The notes under the pieces were generated by a model that was given only the letters and a program-made list of their open reading frames with translations, did no database searches and was not told where the DNA came from. From positions 582,763-646,762 of the forward strand of contig OZ243043.1 of assembly GCA_965212075.1 (NCBI GenBank): a stretch of 64,000 nt of DNA. The letters are read 5' to 3'. Position numbers and translations under genes: made by a program. The stretch comes from Alphaproteobacteria bacterium. Its GTDB lineage: Bacteria > Pseudomonadota > Alphaproteobacteria > JAPOUT01 > G958296285. Positions 18,055-27,895 of the stretch are shown here, one piece after another (position 1 is the stretch's first letter; every line of letters starts with the position of its first letter).

Positions 18055-20826
18055 GTGGCGCGTAAGAATGGGATAATTGAAGATATGCCCTCTTCAGAAA
18101 GCGGCATCACGCCGGTTTTCATTGAAGAGGAGATGAAGCGCTCTTACCTTGACTATGCGATGAGCGTGATTGTGTCGCGTGCTTTGCCGGATGTCCGTGA
18201 TGGGCTGAAGCCGGTGCAGCGCCGAATTCTCTATGCGATGTTGGAGAGCGGTTATTTATGGAATCGCCCGCATCGCAAATCGGCGCGTGTTGTCGGCGAT
18301 GTGATGGGTAAATATCATCCGCACGGTGATCAATCTATCTATGACGCGCTGGCGCGCATGGCGCAGGATTTTTCGCTGCGCCTTATGCTGCTTGACGGAC
18401 ACGGCAATTTTGGATCGCTGGACGGCGATCTGCCCGCAGCGATGCGCTATACTGAAGTGCGGCTGGCGGCGATCGCACAATATCTTCTGAACGACATTGA
18501 TAAAAACACGGTCAACTTCCGCGCCAATTATGATGAAAGCGAGCGCGAGCCGGAAGTGCTGCCTGCTTTGCTGCCAAATTTGCTGATTAACGGCGCGGGT
18601 GGAATCGCTGTCGGCATGGCGACCAACATTCCGCCGCATAATCCCGCTGAAATCATTGACGCCGCACTGGCGATGATTGACAAGCCCGATATCACCGACG
18701 CGCCGCTTGCCAAAATCGTCAAAGGGCCGGATTTTCCAACCGGCGGAATCATTCTCGGCCAGATCGGAATCAAATCAGCCTATAAAACAGGCCGCGGATC
18801 CATCGCTTTGCGCGCAAAGGTTGAAATTGAAAAAATGACCCGCGATCGCGAAGCGATCATCGTCACGGAAACTCCCTATCAGGTCAATAAATCCACGATG
18901 ATTCAAAAAATCGCCGACCTCGTGCGCACAAATAAAATAGAAGGCATATCCAATCTGCGCGACGAATCTGACCGCCAAGGTGTGCGCGTCGTCATTGAAA
19001 TTCGCCGCGATAGTCAAGCTGATATTGTCCTCAACCAGCTTTGGCGCAATACGCCTTTGCAGGTGAGCTTCGGCGTCAACATGCTGGCGCTGGTGGGCGG
19101 CCAGCCTATGATGTTGACGCTCAAAAGTTATATCGCCGAATTTCTCAGATTCCGCGAAGAGGTCATTTCACGCCGCACACGCTTTGAATTGGCAAAGGCG
19201 CGTGATCGCGCGCATATTTTGGCCGGCCTGTCCATTGCGGTCGCTAATATAGATAAAATCATTGAGCTTATCCGCAAAGCGCGCGACGCTCATGCCGCGC
19301 GTGAACAATTGATGAAGCGCAAATGGCCCGCCAAAAATGTGCGCGATATTTTGAAAATCATCAACGATATGCGCTACCAGATCAGCAAAGACGGCATGTA
19401 TAAATTATCTGAAATCCAAGCGCGCGCGATTTTGGATTTGCGCCTGAACCGCTTGACCGCGCTCGGACGCGAGGAAATCGCCGCCGAAATGGCAGAGCTG
19501 CAAAAGAAAATCACCGAATATCTTGGCATTCTCGGCGATCGCAAAAAGCTTTACGCGATCCTGCGCGCCGAGCTGGCCGCGCTGCGCAGCAAGGTCAACG
19601 CGCCGCGCCGCACAAAGATTGAGCAGGAAGAAGCAGGCTCCATTGAGGAGGATGATCTCGTGCAAAGTGAGGAGGCGGTGGTGACGGTCAGCCATAGGGG
19701 CTATATCAAGCGCGCGCCGCTTGCGTCATGGCGCGCGCAGCAGCATGGCGGCAAGGGGCGCGCCGGCATGCTGGTCAAGGATGCCGATTTTGCCGCGCGC
19801 ATTTTTTTGACCAATACGCGCGACCGGATTTTGTTCTTTTCATCTTTGGGCAAAGTCTACCAGATGAAGGCGTGGCGCTTGCCGCAAGGTCTGCCGCGCA
19901 CGCGCGGCAAAGCGATGGTCAACCTTCTGCCGCTGGGCAAGACCGAGCAAATCACGACGGTGATGCCGATATCTGCGCACAAGACGCCCAGCGAGGAGCG
20001 CTTCGTGATCTTTGCGACGCGCAACGGCTATGTGCGCCGCAACCGGCTTGATGATTTCGTCAACATCAACCGCGCTGGAAAAATTGCGATGAAGCTTGAA
20101 CGCGGCGATCGGATCGTTTCTGTGGGCATCTGCCATGCGGGCGATGATGTTTTGCTGACAACGCGCGAAGGCATGTGTGTGCGTTTTCCGATTGATGAGG
20201 TGCGGGTTTTTACGAGTCGGCTGTCATCGGGTGTGCGCGGCATGAGCTTGGGCGCGGGCGATGAAGTGATTTCCATGAGTTTGATGGCGCATGTGGAAGC
20301 TTCGCCCGATGAGCGCACGGCCTATCTGCGCCGCGCCGCCGCCGAGCGCCGCGGCGATGGCGATGGCGAAGAGGGCGATCAAGAAGACGAAGAAAAAACG
20401 ATTGCGCTGAGTGATAAGCGCTATCAAAAGATGAAGAAAGAAGAGGAATTTGTGTTGACGATCGCGGCGGGCGGCTATGGCAAGCGCTCATCGTCTTACA
20501 GCTATCGCACGACGAAGCGCGGCGGCAAGGGTTTGGTGGCGATGAAAATCGGCACTCGTAACGGAGATTTGATCGCGTCGTTTCCTGTCAAAAACGAGGA
20601 TCAAATCATGCTGATCACTGAAGAGGGGCAGGCGATCCGCTGCCCTGTCAATAGAGTGCGGGTCGCAGGCCGGACAACGCAGGGGGTGAAAATTTTTGAT
20701 ACAAAGGATAAAGTTGTTTCAGCGGCGCGCATTGAAGAGGCCAGTGAAACGGTGATTGGCAATGGGGCAGGCGATGAGATAGGCAATGAGACAGAAAATG
20801 AGACAGGCAATGGAGCAGCGACATGA
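18055..20826 (+). CDS. gyrA: DNA gyrase subunit A
   Basis: [34 protein letters not shown], the QRDR region [17 protein letters not shown], and 923 aa. A GTG start follows AAGGAG. An acidic insertion and a Gly/Asn/Glu-rich C-terminal tail are present. Confidence 0.95.
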   Translation: MARKNGIIEDMPSSESGITPVFIEEEMKRSYLDYAMSVIVSRALPDVRDGLKPVQRRILYAMLESGYLWNRPHRKSARVVGDVMGKYHPHGDQSIYDALARMAQDFSLRLMLLDGHGNFGSLDGDLPAAMRYTEVRLAAIAQYLLNDIDKNTVNFRANYDESEREPEVLPALLPNLLINGAGGIAVGMATNIPPHNPAEIIDAALAMIDKPDITDAPLAKIVKGPDFPTGGIILGQIGIKSAYKTGRGSIALRAKVEIEKMTRDREAIIVTETPYQVNKSTMIQKIADLVRTNKIEGISNLRDESDRQGVRVVIEIRRDSQADIVLNQLWRNTPLQVSFGVNMLALVGGQPMMLTLKSYIAEFLRFREEVISRRTRFELAKARDRAHILAGLSIAVANIDKIIELIRKARDAHAAREQLMKRKWPAKNVRDILKIINDMRYQISKDGMYKLSEIQARAILDLRLNRLTALGREEIAAEMAELQKKITEYLGILGDRKKLYAILRAELAALRSKVNAPRRTKIEQEEAGSIEEDDLVQSEEAVVTVSHRGYIKRAPLASWRAQQHGGKGRAGMLVKDADFAARIFLTNTRDRILFFSSLGKVYQMKAWRLPQGLPRTRGKAMVNLLPLGKTEQITTVMPISAHKTPSEERFVIFATRNGYVRRNRLDDFVNINRAGKIAMKLERGDRIVSVGICHAGDDVLLTTREGMCVRFPIDEVRVFTSRLSSGVRGMSLGAGDEVISMSLMAHVEASPDERTAYLRRAAAERRGDGDGEEGDQEDEEKTIALSDKRYQKMKKEEEFVLTIAAGGYGKRSSSYSYRTTKRGGKGLVAMKIGTRNGDLIASFPVKNEDQIMLITEEGQAIRCPVNRVRVAGRTTQGVKIFDTKDKVVSAARIEEASETVIGNGAGDEIGNETENETGNGAAT

Positions 20827-21308
20827 AGCGAATTGGCTTATATACCGGCAGCTTTGATCCCATGACGGTGGGGCATATGGATATTATGTCGCGCGCGCTC
20901 CGGCTGGTGGATGAGCTGATTGTCGGCGTCGGGCGCAACTCAACCAAAGCCACGATGATGGCTCCTGATGTTCGCCGCAATCTGATTGAACGGGTCGCTG
21001 CACAAGAATTGAAGACGAATAAAATTAAAGCAGCTTTGTTTAACGGTCTCACGGTGGATTTTGCCAAAAAGCACGGGGTCAGTGTAATCATCAGGGGTTT
21101 GCGCAACAGTTCGGATATGGATTTTGAAGCCGGCATGGCCGGAATGAATCACATGATGAATGGCGATATTGAAACGATGTTTTTGCTGGCACGGCCTGAA
21201 TATTCAGCGATTTCGGCGACATTGGTGCGACAAGTCCATCAGATGGGCGGAGATATATCGCAATTTGTGCCAAAGTCTATTTTTGAATCGATGAAGAGTA
21301 GCCATTAA
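20823..21308 (+). CDS. coaD: Phosphopantetheine adenylyltransferase
   Basis: [25 protein letters not shown] has the T/HxGH nucleotidyltransferase motif. The ATGA start overlaps the gyrA stop. Confidence 0.93.
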   Translation: MKRIGLYTGSFDPMTVGHMDIMSRALRLVDELIVGVGRNSTKATMMAPDVRRNLIERVAAQELKTNKIKAALFNGLTVDFAKKHGVSVIIRGLRNSSDMDFEAGMAGMNHMMNGDIETMFLLARPEYSAISATLVRQVHQMGGDISQFVPKSIFESMKSSH

Positions 21309-21322
21309 GAGGAGTCATTAAA

Positions 21323-21982
21323 ATGGATATAGGCAAGATATTTTTTTCACTTCTGCTATGCGCGGGGCTTCTAGCCTGCTCCCAAGAGGAAAGTGCGCAG
21401 CTAAAAGAATTACGTCAGCTCGCTGGTGAAAGCGATAAGATGGCGCAGTTTGGCTTGGCGACTTTATATTATGAAGGCAAGGAAATTGCGCGTAATTATG
21501 AGGAAGCCGCGCGCTGGTATCGTTTGGCCGCCGGACAGGGTCTGCCTGATGCGCAATTTCACTTAGGCCAGCTTTATGATGAAGGGCGAGGTGTCGTGCA
21601 AAATCCCAAACAGGCGCATGATTGGTATTTGAAAGCCGCGCAGCAAAATTATCACGATGCGCAATATAGGCTGGCTCTGCTTTATGAGCAGGGCAGAGGC
21701 ATTACCAAAGATTATGCTCAAGCTGAGGCTTGGTATCGGCAGGCGGCGGCTTTAGGTCATGTCCGCGCGCTGAACAATTTGGGCGTGATGTATGTTGAGG
21801 GCAGAGGAGTTCCGCAGAATAAAATTTTTGCCTATATTTGGTTTGATTTGGCGTCAAAGTTTGGCCATAAGCAGGCGACAAAACGCCGTGATGACATCGC
21901 CGCGCAAATGACCGTCAACGAGCTTGAAAATGCTGAAAAACAAGCGCAGCGTTTATTAACAGAAATTAAAGCCAGAAGGTAA
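21323..21982 (+). CDS. Sel1-like repeat (SLR) lipoprotein
   Basis: Lipoprotein signal MDIGKIFFSLLLCAGLLACSQ followed by about five SLR units (A..WYRLAAGQGLPDAQF.LG.LY.EGRGV..N..QA..WY.KAA). Confidence 0.8.
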   Translation: MDIGKIFFSLLLCAGLLACSQEESAQLKELRQLAGESDKMAQFGLATLYYEGKEIARNYEEAARWYRLAAGQGLPDAQFHLGQLYDEGRGVVQNPKQAHDWYLKAAQQNYHDAQYRLALLYEQGRGITKDYAQAEAWYRQAAALGHVRALNNLGVMYVEGRGVPQNKIFAYIWFDLASKFGHKQATKRRDDIAAQMTVNELENAEKQAQRLLTEIKARR

Positions 21983-22003
21983 TATAAAGACGATAATATA
22001 AAT

Positions 22004-22567
22004 ATGAGGGCAATGATGTATTCTTCTTTTGTTCGGCGCGCCCTGATGCCGCGTATCTTATCGGCGCTCATTTTAAGCGCCCTATTCATTTCACAGACCA
22101 CGCAGGCTAAGGAGAGCAATATGCTTCATTTGGATTTAAAAACAGGCCGTGTGGTCATTGAGCTTCTGCCCGAATTGGCGCCAAAACATGTTGAACGCGT
22201 CAAGCAGCTCACGCGCGAGGGCTTTTATGATGGCGTGGTTTTTCATCGGGTGATTGAGGGCTTTATGGCGCAGACAGGAGATCCCACCGGCACGGGCACG
22301 GGCGGCTCGTCTTATGGTCATTTGCCTGCTGAATTTACGTGGGATGCGACTTTTGGGCGTGGCACTGTCGGCGCTGCGCGCGCGCAAGACCCTGACAGCG
22401 CTGATAGCCAGTTTTTCATCTGTTTTGCTGATGCAAGCTTTCTTGACGGCCAGTATACGATCTGGGGGCGTGTGGTCAGCGGCATGGAGCATGTCGACAA
22501 AATCGTCCGCGGCGAGCCGCCAGCAAATCCGGATAAAATCATCAAAATGTCCTTAGCCAGAGATTAA
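22004..22567 (+). CDS. ppiB: Peptidyl-prolyl cis-trans isomerase, cyclophilin type (periplasmic)
   Basis: Signal peptide (ILSALILSALFISQTTQA) and cyclophilin core FHRVIEGFMAQTGDPTGTGTGGS...QFFICF. Confidence 0.9.
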   Translation: MRAMMYSSFVRRALMPRILSALILSALFISQTTQAKESNMLHLDLKTGRVVIELLPELAPKHVERVKQLTREGFYDGVVFHRVIEGFMAQTGDPTGTGTGGSSYGHLPAEFTWDATFGRGTVGAARAQDPDSADSQFFICFADASFLDGQYTIWGRVVSGMEHVDKIVRGEPPANPDKIIKMSLARD

Positions 22568-22589
22568 CGTCCTCTAAATAGGTAAGACG

Positions 22590-23855
22590 ATGCCACGCAC
22601 AAACATAAATCCCTCAGAAAATCTTCAGGGAAATTCTCAGGGAAATTCTCAAGAAAATTTTCAAGACGCCGAGCAGCTTTTTGACAAGGGATGGATCGCC
22701 GATCAAAAGGGCCGCTATGATGAAGCTGTAAATTGCTTTCTTCAAGCAGCGAGGCTCGGTTATGCGCCTGCTCAATTTATTATGGGCGTGATAAAGCAAG
22801 AAGGCCATGTTGCTAATCAGAATTATGTTCGGGCCAAGAAATGGTATCAAAGAGCCAAAGTCCAGAATCACGCTGGCGCAGCTAACAATTTAGCTTTGCT
22901 TTTTGAAGAAGGGCGCGGTGTTCCCGAGAAGGATATTCTGCGTGCTATAAAGCTGTTTAACTTCGCCGCCAATGGAGGCAGCGTTGATGCACTCGTCAAT
23001 CTTGCGCGCGTCTATGAGAATGGGGTTGGCGTTTTGCCCGATCAAAACCGCGCGGCGCGTCTATATCGGCAGGCAGCGATGCAGGGGCATGCTGTCGCGC
23101 AATTTTGCCTCGGTGTGATGTATGAGGAAGGGCGCGGCAGCAAGCGTGATCATTGGAAAGCCGTGCGCTGGTATCGCAAAGCCGCCGCCCAGAATGACGC
23201 ATGGGCGCAATATTATTTAGGTCTGATCTATGCAAGCGGCAGCAGCAAAAAGCATGCGCGCCGCGCCTTTCACTGGTTCAGCGAGGCTGCCGCGCAGGGT
23301 TTGCCCGGTGCCCAGCATAGTCTGGGGCTCTTGTTTGAGCAGGGTCGTGGCGTTGCTGAAGATTTTGATGAGGCGATGCTCTGGTTTCGCAAAGCGGCAG
23401 AAGGGGGGGGTAGTGACGCGCAGAATCATTTGGGCTTGATTTTTGCTGAGGGCAAGAATGTTGAGCAAGATTTTCAGCAGGCTGAGCTTTGGTGGCAGCA
23501 GGCGGCAGAGCAGGGGCATGTGCGTGCGCAGTTCAATCTGGGCATGCTTTTTTATCAGGGGCAGGCTCGGATTGAGCGTGATGATGATGCGGCTTTGCAT
23601 TGGTTTCGTGAGGCTGCTTATGGCGGACATGCACAAGCGCAGTTTTATTTGGGCTTGATGTATAAGGATGGCCGCGCCGCGGAGCAGGATGATGTGATGG
23701 CATATAAGTGGTTTGATATTGCGATGCAGTTTGGTGCAGCCGAAGCGCGGGAGCTTCGGCAGGATATTGCGCGCCAAATGCCGTCCGCGCAGCTTGCTGA
23801 GGCCAAGACAGAAGCCGAAGATTGGATCAAAAATTTTAAAAGTCTCCAAAAATGA
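22590..23855 (+). CDS. Sel1-like repeat protein, 421 aa, no evident signal peptide
   Basis: About ten consecutive SLR units with the (A..W(Y/F)R(K/Q)AAEQG...AQ..LG.(M/L)Y..G.GV..D...A..W) pattern. The N-terminus is hydrophilic. Confidence 0.8.
   Translation: MPRTNINPSENLQGNSQGNSQENFQDAEQLFDKGWIADQKGRYDEAVNCFLQAARLGYAPAQFIMGVIKQEGHVANQNYVRAKKWYQRAKVQNHAGAANNLALLFEEGRGVPEKDILRAIKLFNFAANGGSVDALVNLARVYENGVGVLPDQNRAARLYRQAAMQGHAVAQFCLGVMYEEGRGSKRDHWKAVRWYRKAAAQNDAWAQYYLGLIYASGSSKKHARRAFHWFSEAAAQGLPGAQHSLGLLFEQGRGVAEDFDEAMLWFRKAAEGGGSDAQNHLGLIFAEGKNVEQDFQQAELWWQQAAEQGHVRAQFNLGMLFYQGQARIERDDDAALHWFREAAYGGHAQAQFYLGLMYKDGRAAEQDDVMAYKWFDIAMQFGAAEARELRQDIARQMPSAQLAEAKTEAEDWIKNFKSLQK
22627..22662 (+). 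repeat. 12-bp tandem repeat, two perfect copies of cagggaaattct plus a third diverged copy, encoding QGNS-QGNS-QENF at the N-terminus of the 421-aa Sel1 protein
   Basis: The sequence reads cagggaaattct cagggaaattct caagaaaatttt. Confidence 0.5.
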
Positions 23856-24619
23856 ACGCACGTAAAATGAACGCATGTAATGTGATTTTGGCGTTTGGAT
23901 TGTTATTTTTAACGGCTTGCTCCGAACCGGATGCAGGCTTTAAGAAGGGGCTTGAGGCTTACCAGAAAAAAAATTATCCGCAAGCTTTGGAATGGTTTAG
24001 CCGTCATGCAGATTTGGGGCGTGCAGCGGCGCAATTTTATTTGGGATTGATGTATGAGCGTGGCGAGGGAACCGCGCGTAATGCGCGGCGTGCGGCATCT
24101 CTTTATCATAAGGCTGCCAAACAAGGCCATGCGCGTGCGCAGTTTCACTTGGGGCTTTTATATGAAGACGGGCGCGGTGTTGCGCAGGATTATCGCCAAG
24201 CGGCGCATTTTTATCGCAAGGCGGCAGAGCAGAACATTACCGAAGCGCAATTCAATTTGGGCGTGATGTATGATTATGGCCGTGGTGTTGAGAGAAATCG
24301 GCGCCAAGCGCTCAATTGGTATCGCCTATCGGCGGAAAAGGGTCATGTGCGCGCGCAGTTCAATTTGGGCGTGATCTATGCCGAAGGCCGCGATGTGCCG
24401 CGCAGCATCGTTTTGGGACATCAGTGGATGAACATTGCCTTTGCGCTGGGTCATGCGCCGGCAAAAAAAATGCGTGATGATTATGCGCTTCGCATGACGC
24501 CGGATCAATTATTGACAGCACAAAAAAGCGCGACCGACTGGCTTAAAAAATTTGAAGCGCGTGCCCCCAAGCTTTCGGAATGGAATCGAATTCGCCAGAG
24601 CAAAGGCAAGAAAAGGTAA
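23852..24619 (+). CDS. Sel1-like repeat lipoprotein
   Basis: Lipobox LFLTACSEPD followed by about six SLR units. The ATGA start overlaps the previous Sel1 gene stop. Confidence 0.8.
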   Translation: MNARKMNACNVILAFGLLFLTACSEPDAGFKKGLEAYQKKNYPQALEWFSRHADLGRAAAQFYLGLMYERGEGTARNARRAASLYHKAAKQGHARAQFHLGLLYEDGRGVAQDYRQAAHFYRKAAEQNITEAQFNLGVMYDYGRGVERNRRQALNWYRLSAEKGHVRAQFNLGVIYAEGRDVPRSIVLGHQWMNIAFALGHAPAKKMRDDYALRMTPDQLLTAQKSATDWLKKFEARAPKLSEWNRIRQSKGKKR

Positions 24620-24631
24620 GCGCCTTTTCAC

Positions 24632-25651
24632 ATGAAGACTGATCTTTTTGACTATTCCTTGCCGCGCGAGCGCATTGCGCTGCGTCCGGCCTCTCCGCGC
24701 GATCATGCGTGTTTGCTTGTGATTGCGCAGGATCATCTGAGCGATGCGCGCGTCAAAGATTTGCCGGATCTTCTGCGCGCGGGCGATTTACTCGTCATCA
24801 ATGACAGCCCGACCATGCCCGCGCGGCTTTATGGCCAAATTGATGGCAATAAAACCGAGATCGTGCTTTGCGCGCCGCAGGATGATCTTTGGCGGGTGAT
24901 CGCGCGTCCGGTAAAAAATTTATGCCGCGGCAAAAAAATTTTTTTCACGCAAAATATCAGCGCAGATATTGTTGCCTCTGATTTGCTGCGGTTTCACTTA
25001 TCTGAGGAAGATTGGCATGATTTTCTTACTCAAGAAGGTGAGATGCCGCTGCCGCCTTATATTATCAAGCAGCGCGCTGCCGACGATCAAGACCGGCGGG
25101 ATTATCGAACGATCTACCAGACACAAACGCATGGCTGGGGTTCAATCGCCGCGCCGACGGCGGGGCTGCATTTTACGTCGGCTTTGCTGGCGCGCTTAGC
25201 GGCATGCGATATCAACATATTGCGCTTGACACTTCATGTCGGGGAGGGAACTTTTCGTCCGGTGCGTGTTCAAGATGTCGCAGATCACCGGATGCTCTCC
25301 GAGCGCGGCGTTTTGAGCGCGGCGAATGCCGAGCGGATCAATGCGGTCAAAGCGGCGGGAGGACGGATCATCGCTGTCGGCACGACGAGCTTGCGGCTTT
25401 TGGAAGCGGCTAGCGATCGGCATGGCCGTGTTTCTGCTTTTGATGGCAAGACGGATCTGTTCATTGTGCCCGGCTATCAATTTTTGACGGCGGATGCGAT
25501 CATGACGAATTTTCACCTGCCGCGCTCAACGCCGTTAATGCTGGCGGCGGCGCTGGCGGGGCTGGACAATCTCAAGCGCGCTTATGCACATGCGCTCGCG
25601 CGCGATTATCGCTTTTTTTCCTACGGGGATGCCTGCTTGATTTGGCGATGA
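24632..25651 (+). CDS. queA: S-adenosylmethionine:tRNA ribosyltransferase-isomerase
   Basis: MKTDLFDYSLPRERIALRPASPRD...LLVINDSPTMPARLYG...AAPTAGLHFT matches QueA over its full length. Confidence 0.93.
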   Translation: MKTDLFDYSLPRERIALRPASPRDHACLLVIAQDHLSDARVKDLPDLLRAGDLLVINDSPTMPARLYGQIDGNKTEIVLCAPQDDLWRVIARPVKNLCRGKKIFFTQNISADIVASDLLRFHLSEEDWHDFLTQEGEMPLPPYIIKQRAADDQDRRDYRTIYQTQTHGWGSIAAPTAGLHFTSALLARLAACDINILRLTLHVGEGTFRPVRVQDVADHRMLSERGVLSAANAERINAVKAAGGRIIAVGTTSLRLLEAASDRHGRVSAFDGKTDLFIVPGYQFLTADAIMTNFHLPRSTPLMLAAALAGLDNLKRAYAHALARDYRFFSYGDACLIWR

Positions 25652-25671
25652 GGTTCTATCTATGATGGGCC

Positions 25672-26937
25672 ATGTCTTTATCTGAACGTTTGCGCCCGCG
25701 CTGCCTAGCGGAGGTTTTGGGGCAGGATCATTTGCTGGGCGAAGGTGCGCCGGTGCGTTTGATGTGCGCGCAGGACAAGTTATCGTCAATGATTTTCTGG
25801 GGGCCGCCCGGCAGCGGCAAGACGACGATCGCGCGCCTGCTCGGCGAGATTCCGGGCTATTTATTTCGGCCTGCGGCGGCGACATCAAGCGGTCTGAGCG
25901 TATTCCGCAAAATTTTTGACGAGGCCAAGACCGCGTCGGGGAAAATTTTGCTGTTCATTGATGAAATTCACCGCCTGACGCGCACACAGCAAGATTGTTT
26001 TTTGCCGGTGATGGAGGCCGGTGAGATCGTGCTGGTCGGTGCGACGACGGAGAATCCGTCTTTTGCGCTGAGTGCAGCGCTTTTATCGCGGGCGCGGGTT
26101 TTTGTGCTGAATCGGCTTGAACCTTCTGTGCTGCAGCAATTGATGAAGCGCGCCGAACAGGAGATGGGGCGGCCTCTGCCACTTGACGAAGACGCGCGTG
26201 CGCTTTTGCCGACTTTGGCCGATGGCGATGGCCGTTTTTTATTGGGGCTGGTGGAGGCAATTTTTGATCATGTAAAAGAGGGCGCACAGGAGGGGCATTT
26301 ATCTTCCGAACAGCTGATGAAATTAGTGCAAAAGCGCGCGCCGATTTACGATCAGGGGCGCGAGGCGCACTATAATCTGATTAGCGCCCTGCATAAATCC
26401 ATTCGCGGCAGCGATGTGGATGCTGCGCTTTATTGGCTGGCGCGCATGCTTGCGGGCGGCGAGGATCCTTTTTACATTTTGCGTCGCATGGCGCGCGCAG
26501 CGAGTGAAGATGTCGGCATGGCTGATCCGCAGGCTTTGGTTCAAGTGCTGGCGGCGAAGGATGCCTATGCGTTTTTGGGCTCGCCTGAAGGCGAATTGGC
26601 GGTTGCACAGGCGGTGATTTATTTGGCATCGGCGCCGAAATCCAATGCGAGCTATCGCGCTTTTGCCGAAGCGCGCGCTATGGCATCAGCGACCGGCTCG
26701 CTGACGCCGCCAAAAAACATTCTCAACGCGCCGACGCGCTTGATGAAGACTTTGGGCTATGGCGAAGGCTATATCTATGAGCACCAGCAAGCGGCGCGTT
26801 TTTCGGGGCAGAATTTTTTTCCGGACTCGATAAAGCGGCGGGTTTTTTATCAGCCTGCCAGCACTGGATTTGAAAAAGAAATTACACGCCGCCTGGCTTG
26901 GTGGGAAAGCTTGCGCAAAAAATCTCAAGAAAGATAA
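25672..26937 (+). CDS. rarA: Replication-associated recombination protein A (AAA ATPase RarA/MgsA)
   Basis: MSLSERLRPRCLAEVLGQDHLLGEG...MIFWGPPGSGKTTIARLL and a C-terminal MgsA domain. Confidence 0.93.
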   Translation: MSLSERLRPRCLAEVLGQDHLLGEGAPVRLMCAQDKLSSMIFWGPPGSGKTTIARLLGEIPGYLFRPAAATSSGLSVFRKIFDEAKTASGKILLFIDEIHRLTRTQQDCFLPVMEAGEIVLVGATTENPSFALSAALLSRARVFVLNRLEPSVLQQLMKRAEQEMGRPLPLDEDARALLPTLADGDGRFLLGLVEAIFDHVKEGAQEGHLSSEQLMKLVQKRAPIYDQGREAHYNLISALHKSIRGSDVDAALYWLARMLAGGEDPFYILRRMARAASEDVGMADPQALVQVLAAKDAYAFLGSPEGELAVAQAVIYLASAPKSNASYRAFAEARAMASATGSLTPPKNILNAPTRLMKTLGYGEGYIYEHQQAARFSGQNFFPDSIKRRVFYQPASTGFEKEITRRLAWWESLRKKSQER

Positions 26938-27851
26938 TGCAGAATAAAGTGCAGCACATTCATATTGATCTGTCTGATGATGGAATTAGGCTAGATCGCT
27001 GGTTTAAGCGGCATTTTCCGGATCTGCCGCATGCGCGCATTGAGGCGATGCTGCGTAAAGGAGAGATTAAGCTTGATAAAACCCGCGCGCGGACGTCAAC
27101 GCGCATTCGCCAAGGACAGCTTCTGCGCATTGCGCCGTTCGCGCCGTCTTCCTATGGCCGCGTTCCGCTCCCCAAAAAGAGGAATATTGAACTTGATGCC
27201 GCCCAGCAAAAAAAGCTGCGTGATCTTATTCTTGCCTATGATGATAAAATTATTGTTTTGAATAAGCCTGCTGGCCTTGCGGTGCAGGGAGGCACAAAAA
27301 TTCGCCGCCATTTGGATGAGATGCTGGATGCGCTCAAGCTAGGCGGCGCGCGGCCTCATCTGGTTCATCGCCTTGACAAAGATACGAGCGGTGTGCTGCT
27401 GCTTGCGCGTTCGGCCAATGCAGCCGCCGAACTCAGCGAGGCCTTTCGCAGGCAAAAGATCAAAAAAATTTACTGGGCGCTCGTGCATCATGTGCCGCAG
27501 CCCAAGCAGGGGGATGTGACTTTGCCGCTCGCCGGACGCGCGGCGGCGACCTATTATCAGACACGCGCGCAGGTTGGCCAGCGTCTAGCGTGGATTGAAT
27601 TTAGCCCGCAGAGTGGCCGCCGCCATCAAATTCGGCTTCACGCGCAGCACCTAAGCACGCCGATTGTCGGCGATGACCGCTATGGCTCGCGGGCGCAGGA
27701 TCAGACGGTGGCAGGCATGATGAATGCCCCGCGCCAGCTTCATTTGCATGCGCGGGAGGTGATTCTGCCGAGCGGACAGCGTTTCACCGCGCCTTTGCCT
27801 TCACATATGGCTCAGACATGGAAAAATTTAGGTTTTGATAACCCAGATTGA
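26937..27851 (+). CDS. RluA-family 23S rRNA pseudouridine synthase (RluC/RluD-like) with S4 domain
   Basis: An S4-like N-terminus (IRLDRWFKRHFPDLPHARIEAMLRKGEIKLD) and the catalytic motif HRLDKDTSGVLLLARS. ATG at 26937 overlaps the rarA stop as TAATG. Confidence 0.88.
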   Translation: MQNKVQHIHIDLSDDGIRLDRWFKRHFPDLPHARIEAMLRKGEIKLDKTRARTSTRIRQGQLLRIAPFAPSSYGRVPLPKKRNIELDAAQQKKLRDLILAYDDKIIVLNKPAGLAVQGGTKIRRHLDEMLDALKLGGARPHLVHRLDKDTSGVLLLARSANAAAELSEAFRRQKIKKIYWALVHHVPQPKQGDVTLPLAGRAAATYYQTRAQVGQRLAWIEFSPQSGRRHQIRLHAQHLSTPIVGDDRYGSRAQDQTVAGMMNAPRQLHLHAREVILPSGQRFTAPLPSHMAQTWKNLGFDNPD

Positions 27852-27895
27852 TCATAATTGATTTATGATGTGCAAAATCAAATGAGGGGAGGTCA

